This document shows positions 59,508-64,000 of a DNA stretch of 64,000 nucleotides, one piece after another; position 1 is the first letter of the stretch, and every line of letters starts with the position of its first letter. The translations under genes and the position numbers were made by a program. The DNA is from Eledone cirrhosa (Eukaryota). The notes under the pieces were generated by a model that was given only the letters and a program-made list of their open reading frames with translations, was not told where the DNA came from and did no database searches. Where the stretch lies: the NCBI GenBank assembly GCA_964016885.1, contig OZ024741.1, positions 322,338,001-322,402,000 of the forward strand. Direction: 5' to 3'.

Positions 59508-61792
59508 TACATACACACACACATACATATGCATACACACATACACATACACACACACACACATATACACATACAAACACATATATATACACACACACAC
59601 ATATATATACATACACATACATCCAGATACACACATACATACACACACACACACACACACATACATACACATATATATATATATATGTACATACACACAT
59701 ATATATATATATACATATATATACACACACACATACATACACACACACATATATACATACACATACAAACACACATACACACATATATACACATACACAC
59801 ACATATATATATAAACACACACACACATATATATACATACACATACATCCAGATACACATACATACACACACATATATACACATACATACATCCACATGC
59901 ACACACATACACACACAAACACATATACACATACATACACCCACACACATAGAGAAATGGCCTCCAAATATATATATATACATACATACACATATATTTT
60001 TTCCATAATATAAGAAGTTAGAACAGTGAAATTAAAATACAAGTCATTCTGATCACATTGAGTTCTTCGTGTAGATTGGGCCCCGCAACCGACAGTGGAG
60101 AATTCTGTGTGCGCATATATATATAGATATATGTGTGTGCACGTGCAGGGTTTAACATGGATGTGTTGGTCACACAAAGGCATGGTCTGTCAACGAATAA
60201 ACCTGATTCTACAGAATTGGTCTCTGGTCTTTAATAGTAGTGATAATTATATACATGCACACATACACACACATATATCTGTCACTCCGTGCGTATGTGT
60301 GTTTATATTTTATGACAATTCTATTGGGGTGATAACCCGTTTAGTTTTGGTTTAAATTTGTTAAGGAATAGATTTTCTTTGTTTATTCTTTGTTGCTGTG
60401 TGAACGAATCTGAGCACTTGTAGAAGGGGAAGATTTTAAAGTTGGGTAGTGTCATTCCTGCGCAGTTCGCAATATGGCTGCTCAAGGGGATTTTTCTTGT
60501 GTTAGCGTCCCGGATTTGTTGGCGGTGGATGGTCATTCTTTTGCGTAATGAGGTGCCCGTCTGTCCTATGTAGTTGTGTTTGCACCCACCGCAAGTTATT
60601 GCGTAAATCAAGTTCTCCGAGTTGCAGGTGAAATTGTTTTTTACTGTAAATGTTTGGCCATCTTTAAATGTAAATTTTTGTCCTTCAGTGAGGTAGAGGC
60701 ACGTTCCACAGTTTGTTCTACCACATTTGGTAACTGTAGGGTTGAGGATTGGTTTGAGTATATTTGGTCCAGTGAGAATGTGTTTTAGTGATTTGGGTTG
60801 TCTTTTACTTTTAAGGATCTTGTGTGTTTCAAGAATAGACTTCATTTTTACATCTTTAAGTAGGAAGGGGAGGTTTTTGTGTAGGTGATCAAACATTTCG
60901 GTATTTCTGGGGTTGAAAGTGGATACATATGGCAGGGTGTTGAGTGTGGTTTTCTGTTTTGGATTGTTAAGTTGATGGGGATTTAGGTGTTTTGCCCTGT
61001 CTATTCCATTGTTGATTATTTCAAGTGGAAAGGCTCTTAAGTTAAGGGTGTCTTTTAGTTACTTTAGTCTTTGCTCCCGTTTAGGTGGATCTGATACTAT
61101 GGTACATATACGTTTGGCCAAATTGTAAGGAATGTTAAGTTTTGTATGTTTTGGGTGACTTGATGTGAAAAAGAGGTATTGCTTGGAATCTGTGGGTTTA
61201 TAGAATATATCTGTATCTAATTTCCCGTCTATTACAGAGATGAGAATATCCAAGAAGGCTAATTCCTTGGGATTGGTTTCCATTGTGAATTGTATGTTAT
61301 TATCTATGTTGTATGTGTATATATAGGTGTAAGTGCACTAAATCCCTTTCTATCACTCTCCCCTCTCCTACCGACCACATGGAGATATATGTATGTATAT
61401 TGCTTCCACCCCCCTCACTGACCAGCAGCTGGCCATCTGGCCATTGCTAAATCTGACCTTTCTAAAAAAAACCACTCCCCACAAATAATTCCTCATTTAC
61501 TACCAGAAAGGGACACACAGCAGTCAACTTGCTGCTACCAAGATGAAAACTACTATGAAATCCCACACTGAATGTTATACTTGAATTTTCAAATCTCATA
61601 TTTTAACTCTTATTATTAATTTTTCTTAATATTAATCAACATTTGAAAAGATGGCTTTTGCAGGCCAATCGAAACCGGTCATTTTTTATACCCTTTATTC
61701 TTTCCTTACCTTATAAAATTATATGTTTTTTCACAAAAAAGTATTCTGTCTCTTATATATTCCATGTGTCATTACCAACCTCAATTTTCTCT
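58878..61792 (-). mobile_element. 5'-truncated Penelope-like element (Neptune-like) with inverted pLTRs and 35-bp tail
   Basis: Inverted repeat 58913-59396 / 61311-61792; tail 58878-58912; HHR variant TTGAAAA gatggc...gccaatc GAAA ccggtc in each pLTR. Confidence 0.88.
60321..61310 (-). pseudogene. PLE RT C-terminus + Cys-rich linker + GIY-YIG endonuclease, one in-frame stop (61059-61061)
   Basis: IQFTME...LAFLDI, YKPTDSKQYL..SSHP, CGRTNCGTC, NLIYAITCGGCKHNYIGQT...RMTIHR, KPKLN. Confidence 0.92.
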
Positions 61793-61988
61793 CTCTCTTT
61801 CTCTCTCTCTCTCTATATATATATATATAGTGTAGGTAGTACGGTGAAATGCTGGTGTTGGTACAAAATCAAGCACTCTATACGCAGGCTGGGTCACCTT
61901 GAGCCAGCCAATCCTCTGCGAAACGCGCGTAACAGGTCGATACGCAATAAATATTTTTCATATGTAAACGAAATTTCTTCGTTTTTTC

Positions 61989-64000
<2,012 letters not shown>

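Noticed and set aside
61895-61940. Hammerhead-like gaaacgcgcgta motif
   Set aside because: 3' half is typical of PLE HHRs but no recognisable CUGANGA or U3-A8 core upstream

Overview
AT-rich, microsatellite-saturated eukaryotic DNA. The SINE and repeat make-up resembles an octopod cephalopod, which is an inference only. No host gene could be supported; the window is almost entirely mobile DNA. It holds two Gypsy/Ty3 LTR retrotransposons (one near-intact, one degenerate and nested in a LINE), stacked RLE-type (R4/Dong-like) LINEs in (CATA)n, Tx1/L1-like LINE fragments ending in (TATC)n, RTE fragments, a deleted mariner, tRNA-derived SINEs and three Penelope-like element (PLE) families. The most notable signal is non-coding: about 27 hammerhead-ribozyme (HHR)-like motifs read by eye. 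Many sit in small units of about 320, 430 and 540 nt, one HHR per unit. These units are integrated in (TA)n tracts as circular permutations, longer-than-unit tandems and head-to-head fold-backs. The pattern fits retrozyme-like circular RNAs mobilised by the neighbouring PLE reverse transcriptase/GIY-YIG machinery, and the HHR cores show C3-G8/U3-A8 covariation. All alignments and folds were done by eye; boundaries may be off by a few bases.
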